Assembly (NCBI RefSeq): GCF_000143415.4
Contig: NW_003314287.1
Coordinates: 1,447,514 to 1,511,513 of the forward strand
From: Selaginella moellendorffii
Lineage: Eukaryota; Plantae; Lycopodiophyta
DNA length: 64,000 bases
Direction of reading: 5' to 3'
The notes under the pieces were generated by a model. It saw only the letters and a program-made list of their open reading frames with translations. It was not told the origin of the DNA and ran no database searches. Position numbers and translations under genes: made by a program. How positions within the stretch are numbered: the stretch's first letter is position 1; the number at the start of each line of letters is the position of its first letter. Shown here in pieces: positions 52,583-64,000 of this stretch.

Positions 52583-53049
52583 ATTTATAGAATGAGAAGA
52601 GTGATAAACTTTTTCATTAATATGTTGGTCCATATGAAATGCTAGAGTGCATTGGTAAAATAACTTATCAAGTGTAACTGCCAGTTGGGGTGAAAATTCA
52701 TCTAATATCTTATGTCAACCAGTTGAATCTCAAAGTGAAAGGCCTCCTTAATATACACAACTATAGAAGATGGACCAAAAGCTTAAGCAAGGTTCCCTAG
52801 AAAGGGTGATCACTAGTACAATTTGTTTATGGGATAAAGACTTTGTTGGGGGGGAAGAATTGTTAGATGCCAATTTAACCATGTGGTCATTGTGGGTCAA
52901 AAAGAATATTAAGGCATATTAGGGTAAGGAATTTAACTGCAGCAGCTTTTGAGGTATATTAAGGGTGATTAGGTGGTAAGGAACCTTAAAAGGAAGCATA
53001 GCATAGTATAGGGAGACTAGATCTTTATCTTTTTAGCTGGATCATAAGA

Positions 53050-53597
53050 TTATGGTTGCAGCAAAGGAAAGTCTAAGTTGTGGATAAGTACTACAATAAG
53101 GTATAGAAAATCACCATGGATGAAAAATTTAAGCCTAATGCATAGAAAAAATTTACTACTTTGGGTAAATCTCTTGACACTACTACTATTCCATGAATAA
53201 TATAAATGAGGAAGTGTGTGTATAGAATGAAGTTTTGTAAATATGGTCTGCCTGGATGAGTGTTGCCACCAGACTCTCACCAATGGCTTCCACCTCTTCC
53301 ACCTCTTTGACTACTGTCCTTTGCAATCAACATTTCAAGGCAGAGGTAGCAAATTCCTTGTCTCAAAGACCTCATGGTTTGCCCATTATTTTTGAGGTAG
53401 TAGGTTCCAATCTTTTGTTTGATAAGTCCTCTTCATGCTGGTGATGTTTGCCCACCTTTTTTTTGCATCCAAGCTTCAAAGCGAGTGGCTTGTTCCAGCT
53501 TCTGGCAAGGCTCACAAATTCACATGTCTCCTTGGCCACAGTGATAAATTCTAGATTAAAGGGATTTCATCTTGTGGGATTGAAAATGTTCCAGGCT
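53050..53597 (+). repeat. Continuation of the mosaic repeat: FYVE exon fragments fused to an NDPK2 fragment
   Basis: 53390-53556 matches ~3697-3940; 53558-53594 matches ~16051-16087; inverted counterpart at ~18820-19130. Confidence 0.8.
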
Positions 53598-53819
53598 CTA
53601 GGTGGTGCTGAACCCCCAAGTTGAGATGGAAGCTATGGGCTACTAGCTTGTACATGCCGGTCCTCTCACACTTCTGTATCTAGCACAGCAATTTGGTGAG
53701 GACCAATGGTGTGGGGTTTTGCATAGTGCTTTAAAACACTCCAGATATATGGGAGCTTTCACAGCAGCAAGATCTTCAAGGAGCCTTTTAATAAATTATC
53801 TCCAATCAGGAGCCTGCAA

Positions 53820-54420
53820 AGTCGCTTTTATTTTGCCCACGGTGTCTCCACTGCATTGCTCGAGGCACTTCTAGCAGCATGCCCAAGGCTGGAGATTCTC
53901 ATCACCAAATGCGCCCATGGTATGCCTGTTCTTAGAGTCTCGCAGAGTGCAAGCCTCACAGTATTCGCGTTTGTTGGGAAGCATATGTCTGAAGTGATTG
54001 TGGATGCTCCAAACCTCATTGTGGGACATTGGCCGATAACCAGCAGGTTGAGCACGCTCGTAGAACTTGCGTGCCCTCGTCTTATATGGTCCATGCCGTC
54101 TAAACAAATGTTGTGACAAAGCTATATGTGGACAATGGAGCCCAGATGAGCTGATTAAGTGTGCAAGCTCACACAAGCAATCACAAAACTACACCTTTAT
54201 GCTAGAACCAACGAGGATATGAGCCTAGCATGCTAGCACCACTAGTCAACGCTAGAATTGGGTCAGTTTTCCTTGAAATGAAATTGTATGTAACATCTTA
54301 TAATCTTTTTGCACCTTAACCGTGCCATGCACACGTCAAGGATGAGGGACTTACCATCTATTTAAGAGCAAACACGTCTGAGGCACCTTATACTCCGGTC
54401 AAAAGTTTACTTCAAGATCG
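53820..54420 (+). pseudogene. Degenerate LRR (F-box/FBD-type) coding fragment
   Basis: LEALLAACPRLEIL...VIVDAPNL motif, followed by stops. Confidence 0.4.
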
Positions 54421-56151
54421 TCAAGCTTGTGGTGAACTTAAATGATTTTTTACAAGATTTACAGATGTTTGAAATCTTGGAGGCTCGTGGTTTGGCCATT
54501 AAATTTTTCTATAAAGGTTGAAAATTTTTCTTTTATATTACATCTTTCTTCACTGTTTTGTCCGAGACAAACTTCGTCGCGAATTTCGTCAACATCTTCG
54601 CTACAGAACTGACGTAAGCCGCCGAGTCTCAGCTGGAGCGCGCTTCTTATCCAAGGCTTCCAGGGCGCAAACTCTTGCCTCGAGGAATGTCATCTCTTGC
54701 GGAGTCAGAAGTACGGCTGGGCTTCGAAGCGGGGGTGCAACAGGTGATCGTGCTGGGGATGGGGATGGGAATGGCAAGCCGGGTGGTATGCAGGAATGAT
54801 TTATTCTGTGCATGGAACGGAGGATCGGGTGTTAAACCGCGCAATTGGTGAGGATTGCTCCAAGTGCTGGGATTGTGGGCCACACGCTAGAGGATCTGGG
54901 CCCTGGACATGCTCGCCTGGAGTTTTGACATTCGAGCATGGGTTAGGGTTCTTATCACAGGGCGGGATCTCGACCGGCCGGAGAGAATGGTAGTAAACCA
55001 GGAACTAGTCCAAATTCCGCGGGCATTTTTCTTCTTTATGAGCAATTCCACATGATGAGCAATTTGCAAAACTCAGCAGCAGTTCTGGAGTGTGTAGCTC
55101 CATGATCAAAGTCCAACGTTGCCAATGGAGACTAAAGCAGTTGCACGGCTCTAGCAAGCACATTTGTTCATAGCTTTTCTGTATCCAATTTGAGTGGAGA
55201 TGGCCCAACGAGATTAAAAGCAAGGGTGGGAATCATGTGGCTATGGGTTTTGTAAACACTTAGCTATAGATGGCTGTTGTGATACCACTTGTCAATGCGT
55301 ACTTCTGCTTCTGGACGTTATAACTCAAGAGTGCTAAGCCAATCATCAATAGAGGTTTAACGTAAGCTTACATGTGCCACTGCACAAGCCCAATCCACAG
55401 AGTCGATGAAAAGTCGACAAGCTCAGCGCTCCTTGCTTCTGCTGCAGTTTTTGATCCAGCCAAGAACGATCTGGGGTGGAATATATGCAATATTAAGCTA
55501 ACAAATGATGTTTGCTAGCAAATGATGTTTACAAAAGGGAATTAATAGTAGTTTGTATTATTTGAGTAAAAAATAATTCTAAACGTGGGTCTCATGAGGA
55601 TGCCAGGAATGTCATTTTGGAGCAACCCACGAATTCACAAAGGTTTAGGCGAAGCCACTTAAGGATCTTCCTTTCGATCTCTATGTGTCTGCTAGGAAGT
55701 AAGCTTTGCACTTAGTGTTTATGCTATATGATGTTCTGCTGCGGCCTGTGCATGACAGGGTCCAAATACAAACCCTGTAAGGAAAAAGAGAAGAAATTCT
55801 ATACAAACAACAAAAACAACCAATTGCTCACCAAGTCGTCCAAGGAAGAAAGAGTGGCAAGCAATAGAAACACGCTGGGAATGGTCATGGGGAACTTTGA
55901 GCATGGTGAGGCGCTGGATGCTTCCTTTGAATTTTTTGGTCTTGCCTAACGTAGCCAGATTTAAACTTTGCGAACTTCTATTAAGCCTGCCAGCATTTTC
56001 CTTGGCAATTTCTCATTAAGTATGATAAAAAACATTTTTTGCAAGCAAGAAAAAGTAGAGAGTGTTTTGTGAGGTAAGCATTCTGTTCCATCACGTCTCC
56101 TCTAGTCCATGTCTTTATAAGAGAAACACGTATGCACCGAAGAATCGCAAA

Positions 56152-56838
56152 ATGGCAGCAGTCGTGGGAGATCAGTTTCGCTCTGCTCAAGAACAGCTAC
56201 AGCTCGTGTATGAAAGAAATACTTGGAGCAGTGATACTGTGACAGATCTCAATGGGAGGCTTTTGCTCAAAGTGAAGCGCCCGACCTTCAGTGCAACGGA
56301 TGTGCTCATCACAGATCCGAGCTCTCGTCCCATCGTTGTAATCTATCATGAGGTACTTTGGCTTCTCTAGAATTGTGATCAATATCTTTCGCCATTCTCA
56401 CAGTTAAAGAACTTTCGCACTAACTGGAAAGTTTTCCGCGAGCAAAGCAGGGACACTCCTTTGCTTTGCACAGTCAGGAAATCATCTCGGATTCAATTCA
56501 GCCTTTCTTTGGATGTATTTCTGGCCTCCAACAATCCAGATTCCGATTCGAGTGAGCCTGATTTTCAGGTAAAGAAGGAAGTGCTTGGCAGTAGCATTGA
56601 GGTTTCTCGTGGACGAGGAGGAGCAGTGGTTGCCAGGGTAAGTCTATCAGATCATAAGAAATTATATGTATACATATATATTTCTTACCAGGCTGAGGCG
56701 ATATCTCTCCTTTCCAACACAAGGTACCAGATCAGCGTGGCTCCTGGAATTGATTATGTGTTTGTGCTGTCGCTGATTCTGATCGTAAAAGAGAAAGAAG
56801 AAGCTAGACAAACAGCCCCTTCATCCAATCTACGATGA
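56152..56838 (+). CDS. LURP1-like (Tubby C-terminal/LOR) protein, 3 exons
   Basis: VTDLNGRLLLKVK; LCTVRKSS; PDFQVK; YQISVAPGIDYVFVLSLILI. Confidence 0.85.
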
Positions 56839-57296
56839 AAGAAGTTCCTATGACACAATTATATTAATATTTAAGAAGATGAAATGTCTGGACTTGCTAA
56901 CTTGTTAATTAAAGACAAAGCTCTTCTCCTTGAGATCTTGGGTTCAATTCTATGCTTCCAGGTGGTCGTCAGAAGATTTAAAACATGCCATAATATGGCA
57001 CTGTTGAGAGTGGCGATTTCTGCAGAATTTTTGTGTATGTTTTTTTGTTACAATATAATAAACGAGAAACCTTTTTATTTTTTCTTATTATTATTTATTT
57101 TTATTCAAATAATTATTTATTAAACTGGCTGTTAAGTTAACCAGCATTCTATGATGTGAAATGTTTTTTGAAGTGGTGAAATTCTTGTTGAATATTTGCA
57201 TAATTTTCTGGTATAGCATTGTTACTTGCGTTGTATAAACTTGGACAGTAAAGTGATCTTCTATACGTTTTTGTTTCAAAGTCAAGGAAGGCAGGC

Positions 57297-57999
57297 ATGG
57301 CGCAAGAGGTTGTAGGCGGCCAGTTTTGCAGGGCGGAGCGAGATCAGCATCTGGTGTACGCAGAGCATTGTTTGAGCAGCCACAATGTGAAGGATGTCTC
57401 CACGGGCAATCTCGTATTCAAGGTGAAACACCCCACTTTCGGCAAAGCGGACATTCTTGTCAAGGATCGAAACTCCACCACGGTTCTCCGCCTCTGCCAG
57501 AAGGTAACTGATGCTTGATTCACAAAACTTTCTCTCGAGGCCATCTTACCAATTTCCACTCAAGATATGGCACCTCCACGCGACCTGGCAAGTCTTTCCG
57601 GGAGGCAAATCCAGCGAGATGCTCTTCCTCGTCAAGGAGTCATCGCTGCTCGAATTCAATCTTTCCATGCATGTTTTCCTCGGCCCAAACAAGTCCCCGA
57701 AGGAGCATCCAGATTTCAAGGTGAGGAGGAAGGCAAGCAGCAGCAGCATCAAGATTTACAACAGAAACGATCAGATAATTGCCAAAGTATGCACGCTCTC
57801 ATTGAGATCATTTGAGTAACTTTAACGTTTTTTTTCCTAGATCAAGCCAAGCTGTGGCTGCTGCTTATTGGGAGGACATGACATACATGTCAACGCAGGG
57901 ACAGACTCCGCGTTTGTGCTGTCCTTGTTTTTGATTGTCCATGCCAAAGATCAAGAAATCGCGGACACCATGGAGCAGGTAATGGCGACTGTAAGATGA
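57297..57999 (+). CDS. LURP1-like protein, tandem paralog, 3 exons
   Basis: VKDVSTGNLVFKVK; HATWQVFPG; PDFKV; HVNAGTDSAFVLSLFLIV. Same exon layout as the upstream copy. Confidence 0.85.
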
Positions 58000-58132
58000 C
58001 GATACATTGTAAAACCGTGAAAGCATCCATGAACATCTAAAGTAGGACGCTATCAAGTTCAAAGTAGCAATTTGTGCGAAAGACTCGATTAGCTTCCATC
58101 TATACAAAGCGAAAGAATTCTCTATATCATTC

Positions 58133-59835
58133 TCACTGTCTGTAAGCCTCCTTCTCCAAAGTCGCTGAAACAGCGGCCAAGGAGAAGGCAGTGGAGGCCC
58201 CTTTGGCAGCCTTGACTTTGGCAACCAAGAGGTTCCACCGTGACTCCTCTTTCTTCGTTTGCTGGCCGATCCGGTCCTTGAAATGCCTGTCGAAGAAAGA
58301 GCTGAAGAAACTAGCAGCGAAAAACTACAAACTCTTACCTGCAAAGTGGGACTTTGCATCGCTCGGCATCGCCACACATTCTCGAGTGTAGCTCCAGGAG
58401 CTCCCACATCCGCTTGCAATGAAGGCAGCCACCCGAGACCTTGGTCCGGCACCCGGCAAAGTGTCGGACCAGAGACTCGAGTCCCTTGCACGCTGGAAAG
58501 CCGCACGAAGAAGAAGACGAGGAAGAAGAAGAGAAAGAACTCTGCCTGTTGATACCGTCGGGCGGCCTTTCGTGCGGCCCGATGGTGCGGCATCCGTCGC
58601 GGCATATGTGAACCAGCGCCTCCATCGCGTCGTGGAGCTGCTTGTACACCTTGTCTTCCTCGGATTTTCTCAGCTTCTCTTGCTTTCTCTGCGAACAAAG
58701 AACGTAAGTTCAATGAAGATATGGAAAGAATGCTTGGGAGAACTAGAACTTACGGCGTCGGCCTCGATGACGTGACCAACGAGCTCCTGCTCGAGCGTTT
58801 GATCGGACTCGCGCATCACTCGCCAGCCTTCGGACTTTACCACCGTCTTGAAGCTGGCGACGATGAGACGCAGGCACAAGAGGTTTAGCCGGCTCGCATC
58901 GCACAGTCGTGCGAGCTGGAGCACGTCCACGACGTTTTCGGTCGTGAGCAGGCCCCGCTCCAGCGCCTCGGTGCATTTCTTCTTGAGGAGCGGGATCGAG
59001 TACGAGTGGGAGAGCGCGAGCAAATGTAGCACGTACTTCTCCATCTCTTTTTCCTCGTATCTAGAGCAATGGTGACGATCAAGGAAAGAGAAAACATCCT
59101 TGGCTTACCGCGACGAATACACAAACCGAGTGAAAACTCTCGCAGCATCGTATGGAACTCCCAAAATGTGGATGGATCGCCGGTGGTGCTTTCCGGACGG
59201 TTGCTGCTCTTGGAGCAAGCGTAAGAAAACCGGAGAGCTTGCGGCCTGTTCGAGAAAAAAGAAAACTTTGCTTGCGTATACTAGATTTTCAAGCTTACCA
59301 GCACGAACGAGTGAGCAGCAGTCATCCCTCCATCCTCGGTGACGATGCAAACGTCCGTATGGAGGCCCTCGCAAAACAACTTGTCCCAATTGTCGACGAT
59401 CTCTCTCGGCACCAGAACTCCCCCAGTGCTCGCCCTGCTGCTGGAAGAACTCGCCGACAATTTCGCCCTTCTAACATTCCACGATGGAAGCGGAGGTGGT
59501 GGCGGTGCTGAAGAACTTGTCGTAGAACTCGTGAGCTCGGAGGAGTCGTGGAAAGGAGAAGAATTGATGGAGCCGCTACTACTGCTACTGTCCTGTGGTG
59601 TGGAGTTAAGACTAATCTCCTGCGAGCTCGTCCGGCTGTGCAAAATGCCGGCTGTGTCTAGCGACGCCGATCTGTGGATGAGTGAATGGTTGTCTACCAG
59701 ACCTGGCTTGTTTGACGAGGCATTACTGTCCTGTGATGATATTGATCGCTGGAGCGGAGGCCTGTACAGTGGTGGCTTCATCGCTCGGAAAGATGTTCGC
59801 TCTTCATTGACTTGCTGATGGATTGTCAATGCCAT
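58133..59835 (-). CDS. BTB/POZ and TAZ domain protein (BT family)
   Basis: DVCIVTEDGG..AAHSFVL; ILGVPYDA...FVYSS; LLALSHSYSIP; HICRDGCRTIGP; CKRMWELLELHSRMC...CKVPLC. Confidence 0.92.
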
Positions 59836-61315
59836 CTCTTCTCGACCATTTTCCAAGCAGGAAAGCAAACAGAACAGAGTCGAGAGAGAAAACTCTTGAC
59901 GAGACCTCGAAAGGGGAATTCTATGGAACGCAAGCAAGAAAAAGAGAAACTTACAATGAAAGAGGGCCTCCTTGAAAGTTCTCTCCTTTTTGCTTTACCG
60001 AGCAAGATCCCAAGACCCACTAAGAATTCGATCGGTGCTCCGGTCTCGCAGCGTCAATCCAGGGTAGAATCGACCCCAGCAGCTCAAAGTCTTCGCAGAG
60101 ATCGAGGGAGACAGCTCCGAAAAGTCCCGACTCTGGTCGCTGCTCGACACCATTATCGATCCTAGAGCTAAAGCCAGTAGAATCGCCACAGCCACCAAGA
60201 CGAAAACAGTACTACTTTCGCTCGCCCTCCACACAAACGCTCACACGCGCTCGCGAGAGGAAAAAACGCTGCCTGGGACATAAGAGAATATGCCACGCGG
60301 GTGCAAGAATATGCCTGTCTCGTCTGCTGGACGAACAGAGCCCGTTGCGTGCAGCCAATGTAAATGCATAACGTATATGTTCTAAGCTCGCGATTTATCA
60401 TCCATTTAACGAACAAACACTGCTTCATTAGTGTGGCTGGACATGCAGCCTACGTACCTCCCCCAAGATTTGCCATGCAACGCACATTTCTACGACGCAG
60501 CCTTTGGAAAGTTGGTGGTTGCAACTTCGTTGTTTTTGGGAAGATCGTGACTTGAAAGCTCCGGAAGAAAAATTTCACCAACAAAACAAAAATAAAAGTC
60601 GAAAAAAAAAGTGAGAGAGAAACGATGCCCAGCATGAAACTTCTTATGTGTTTGTCTTGTTATATGACACAAGAAAACACCAAGTCCAAAAAACCATCCA
60701 TCCAAACCGGCGCTGATGAATGAATGAATGGCCATCTCGAATCGCTATAGAACTTGTCCTTGAGCAAACAGAGATGTCGATAAGGCGCAGGCGCAAGTGG
60801 ATTCCCAAACTCCATACCTTGACATTGTCTTCAAATCTTTCTTTGATAGAATAGAAAATCCATACATTCCCATGGTTGGGAAGTGATCTCTTCCCTGACA
60901 AGGCAAAGTTGACCATAAATGCCCAATTGGGCCCAGCGCGTAGCTTGCATGGACACGACCTCTCCTCCCAAATTTTCCCTGGCACACATTAATTCATACA
61001 CAAGGAAACTTCGCTCGCGAGCTGGAAAGAAATTCGTTTTAAATGCCCTGGAGTTTGATCTGATCATCGCAGAGCTCGCTGCTAGCGCGATCTTCCAAAA
61101 TCCGAGCTCGCCACAGTCCAAACTGTGCGTCGCCACCACAGATAGGATTGAAAGAGAACACCAAGAATAAGATCGAGAGAAACAAAAACAAAGTGAGCTT
61201 ATCATTGATGATCTTGGTTCTTACTTTCTTATTCTCGGACCAAATTCCTCCTCCTTGTCGATCCAAAATGCGGAGAGAAAACTTCCACCCCCAAAAAACC
61301 CTGTTCGTTCTGTCT

Positions 61316-61561
61316 CTAATCTGCTCGGCCCAACAATCCCAGCGATGAATTGGAGTCTTTGAGGATCCTGGAGCAATCTGTGTAGCCGGAGCCCAATCCC
61401 ACGCCCGCGCCAAATGCCATGGTCGCCCATCGCGCCGATGGCGAGCGGAAGAACAGCAGCCCCGCGAACACTCCCACCGCCGACGAATACACGAACCTGC
61501 GCAGCATCACGTCGTAGCAGGCATCCATCTTCTCATCGTGCACTCGATCCGAGCCCGGCAT
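61316..61561 (-). CDS. MIC10: MICOS complex subunit MIC10
   Basis: EKMDACYD...RRFVYSS..G..AGLLFFRS...W...FGAGVGLGSGYTDC with the GxGxGxG motif. Confidence 0.85.
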   Translation of the reverse strand: MPGSDRVHDEKMDACYDVMLRRFVYSSAVGVFAGLLFFRSPSARWATMAFGAGVGLGSGYTDCSRILKDSNSSLGLLGRAD

Positions 61562-61786
61562 AGCTCCGATTCCTGCCTTCTCTCCTCCGCGTCCTCAAAC
61601 CCTAGCTCCCTCTCAAACCCCAGCCCTAAAATTCCACGTGGCTCTCTTTTTCTTTTTTAAAAATAAAACAGTACATCTTATCGCACGGCCTAGTTTCGAC
61701 GCGCCACATCAGACGGTCCAGTTCAAATATCTAATCGGACGGCCGATATTCAAATAGCCCCATCGGACGGTCCAGGGCCATCGTCC

Positions 61787-64000
61787 TCACCAGTAATCCC
61801 CGCAAGAGCACGCCCCATCCTTGAAATGGTGGAACCTCCTCACGTCTCTCACCACGATCTCCCTGCCAAACACCTTGGAGATGAATTTCGAGGCGTTGTG
61901 GCAATCCACGCACACCCGCAAGTTCTTGATCACGCGTAGCGTGGATCCCTGCGGTGTGCTCATCATCCCAAACGCGATGGCGAGCTTCTCGCTGTGGAAT
62001 CGCAGGAGCTGCTCCTTCTGCTCCTCCTCCACGTCGTGGAGCACCTCGCCCGTCACCGCCCGGTACCCCGCGCGCTCGATCGCGCCCATGACGCGCTCCA
62101 GCTCCGCGTAGATTGCCTCCGACTGCGGGTGCGAGCGATCGCGCACCACGAACTCGTGCACCTTGCTCCGGATCTCGATCGAGCTCACGCCCGGGATCTT
62201 CCGGAGCCCCAGATCGGCCATGATCTTCCTCACCGCCGCAGCATCCTCCCACCGCCCGGCCGCCGAGTAGATGTTGCAAAGCGCGACATAGGCCGCGGTG
62301 TGATTCGCCCTGAGCTCCAAGACCCTCTCGGCGGCAAATCTCCCGCGCTCGGTATCGCCGTAGATCCGGCACGCGCCCATCAGGGCCATCCACGTGGCGG
62401 CATCGGGCGGCACAGGCATCGCCTGGACGATTCCGTGCGCATCCGCGAGCCGGCCCTTCCGCCCCAGAAGATCCACCATGCATCCGTAGTGCTCGGTCGC
62501 GGGAACCACGCCATGGTCCCCCGTCATCGCCGAGAAGTGCTCGCATCCGGCTTCCACGAGCCCGGCGTGGGCGCACGCCGAGAGGAGATTCAAGAAGGCG
62601 ACCCTCTCGGCATCGAATCCCTCCTGTAACATCGCCCGGAAGAGATCGCAGCAATCCTCGACGCGGCCGTGCTGCGCGCTCGCGGAGAGCATCGCGTTCC
62701 AGGAGATCTCGTCCCTGGCGGGCATTCCATCGAAAGCGTCCCTGGCGTCGCGCAGGCTGCCGCATTGCCCATACATGCTCACGATCGCGTTCCCGAGCGT
62801 GACATCGCGATCGAGGCGCCGATCCGCGGCGACGCAGGCGTGGATTTGCCTACCCTCGCTCAGCGCCGCCAGGCTTGCGCACGCATCCAGCGCGGTGATG
62901 TAGAGGATCCTGTCGGGCGAGATCCCGCGCTCGATGGCTGCGCCCCAGAGCTTGAACGTCGATCGGCGATCCCGGCACTGCGCGTATACTGCGATCATCG
63001 CAGTGACGAGCGCGGCATCCCATTCGCCCTCCTCGCGCGCCGAGAAGACCCTGATCGCATCCTCTTGGCCATCGCATCTCGCGTAGGCCATCACAAGATC
63101 CGTGACGATGGCTACGTCCGTGGCGACGCCGATCTCTTGGGCGATGGCCTCGACGAGCCGCGCGGTGTGAAGATCCTCGCATCCTTCCAGCGCCGCGAAG
63201 AGAGTGGATCGCGTTGGAACCACGCCCTCGAGCAGCATCGCGTGGAACGTCTCCACGGCTAGCAGATGCCCGATCTGGGCAAATGCTGCGATCATCGATG
63301 TCCACGACACGGCATTCCTCTCGGGCATCGCCGCAAAGAATTCCCTCGCACAATCGATCTCTCCGCAGCGCGCATACGCATTCACCAGAGCAGTAGCCAC
63401 GACGACGTCAGATCCAAGCCCTGTTTCATCGAGGCAGGTGTGGAATCCCTTCACCTGGGAAGCGCGAAGTGATGGCGACGAAGAACACGCCTTGAAGACC
63501 GAGACAAATGTGACGAGATCTGGCGGGATCCCGAGCTGGAGCATCCGATAGAAGATCTCCAGCGCCTCTCTCGGCGATCCATTCTGCGAATTCGCGGTGA
63601 TCATCGCGTTCCACAGCACCACATCCAGATGCCTCTCCAGATGCCCAAACAGGGCATTTGCGTCACGCAGGCTCCCACACCGGCCATACATGCTCACCAG
63701 CGCGCTCGCAACGATCTCCTGGAGTCCCAATCCAGCCTCGACCGCGCAGCGATGGATCAATCGTCCCGCCGCGAGGAATTCCTCGCTCGAGCACGCGCTA
63801 AGCACCGACACAAACACAATAGCATCTAGCGCGATGCCCTCTTGCAAGATTCGATGGAACAGAGCTATGGCGGCCGCCGAATGGCCGCGTGACACGTAAG
63901 CGGATATCAGGACCGTCCAAAGCACGATGCTCTTGTGGGCGATCTTGTGGAAGACGTCTATCGCGCTCTCGAGGCTGCCACACCTGAGATACATGTAAAC
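61787..64000 (-). CDS. PLS-class PPR-DYW RNA editing factor; frame open to the window edge
   Basis: PPR repeats, E/E+ domains, HSEKLA...CVDCH...CSCGDYW. Confidence 0.95.
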   Translation of the reverse strand, partial: VYMYLRCGSLESAIDVFHKIAHKSIVLWTVLISAYVSRGHSAAAIALFHRILQEGIALDAIVFVSVLSACSSEEFLAAGRLIHRCAVEAGLGLQEIVASALVSMYGRCGSLRDANALFGHLERHLDVVLWNAMITANSQNGSPREALEIFYRMLQLGIPPDLVTFVSVFKACSSSPSLRASQVKGFHTCLDETGLGSDVVVATALVNAYARCGEIDCAREFFAAMPERNAVSWTSMIAAFAQIGHLLAVETFHAMLLEGVVPTRSTLFAALEGCEDLHTARLVEAIAQEIGVATDVAIVTDLVMAYARCDGQEDAIRVFSAREEGEWDAALVTAMIAVYAQCRDRRSTFKLWGAAIERGISPDRILYITALDACASLAALSEGRQIHACVAADRRLDRDVTLGNAIVSMYGQCGSLRDARDAFDGMPARDEISWNAMLSASAQHGRVEDCCDLFRAMLQEGFDAERVAFLNLLSACAHAGLVEAGCEHFSAMTGDHGVVPATEHYGCMVDLLGRKGRLADAHGIVQAMPVPPDAATWMALMGACRIYGDTERGRFAAERVLELRANHTAAYVALCNIYSAAGRWEDAAAVRKIMADLGLRKIPGVSSIEIRSKVHEFVVRDRSHPQSEAIYAELERVMGAIERAGYRAVTGEVLHDVEEEQKEQLLRFHSEKLAIAFGMMSTPQGSTLRVIKNLRVCVDCHNASKFISKVFGREIVVRDVRRFHHFKDGACSCGDYW

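Larger units (their letters stand above)
39665..53049 (+). mobile_element. Old degenerate Ty3/Gypsy LTR retrotransposon, host of two nested insertions
   Basis: Protease (LLNNGSDDKF), RT (AFNTSFTRFEF...KLYAKKSKCKF), RNase H (VICDANGYA), integrase (~44400-44700; VGPY at ~52625). PPT GGGGGGAAGAAT before 3' LTR (~52861-53049), which resembles 39665-39786. TSD-like TTGTG/TTATG. Confidence 0.75.

Noticed and set aside
54500-55950. Coding-like GC-rich stretch with short ORFs
   Set aside because: Interrupted by stops with no identifiable motif; would need a homology search.
61731-63899. Long alternative-frame and antisense ORFs over the PPR-DYW gene
   Set aside because: Expected shadow ORFs in GC-rich coding DNA.

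Overview
Gene-dense land-plant nuclear DNA with mostly ~50-70 nt introns and PLS-type PPR genes. The style suggests a lycophyte such as Selaginella, but that is an inference. Host genes: FYVE4-like, PPR (PLS-E), HESO1-like nucleotidyltransferase, plastid NDPK2-like, LSm7, a Chibby-like protein, a cyclophilin-like/PAN protein, AATF/Bfr2, cytokinin dehydrogenase, MED20, two LURP1-like genes, BTB-TAZ, MIC10 and PPR-DYW. The 34-53.6 kb region is a nested transposon block. An old Gypsy element there contains a related solo LTR and a young, full-length chromodomain Gypsy element. Most notable observations: (1) the young LTR retrotransposon carries two canonical GT-AG introns inside its integrase, and their removal restores conserved motifs exactly; (2) a cluster of four tRNA-like units keeps the A box, anticodon arm and B box but has an oligo-T tract before the B box; (3) a ~1.7 kb-arm inverted repeat and a nested pre-miRNA-like hairpin contain fragments of neighbouring genes, as part of a locally derived mosaic repeat family; (4) a probable ciliary Chibby homolog. 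Exon boundaries were read by eye, and family calls rest on motif recognition, not database searches.
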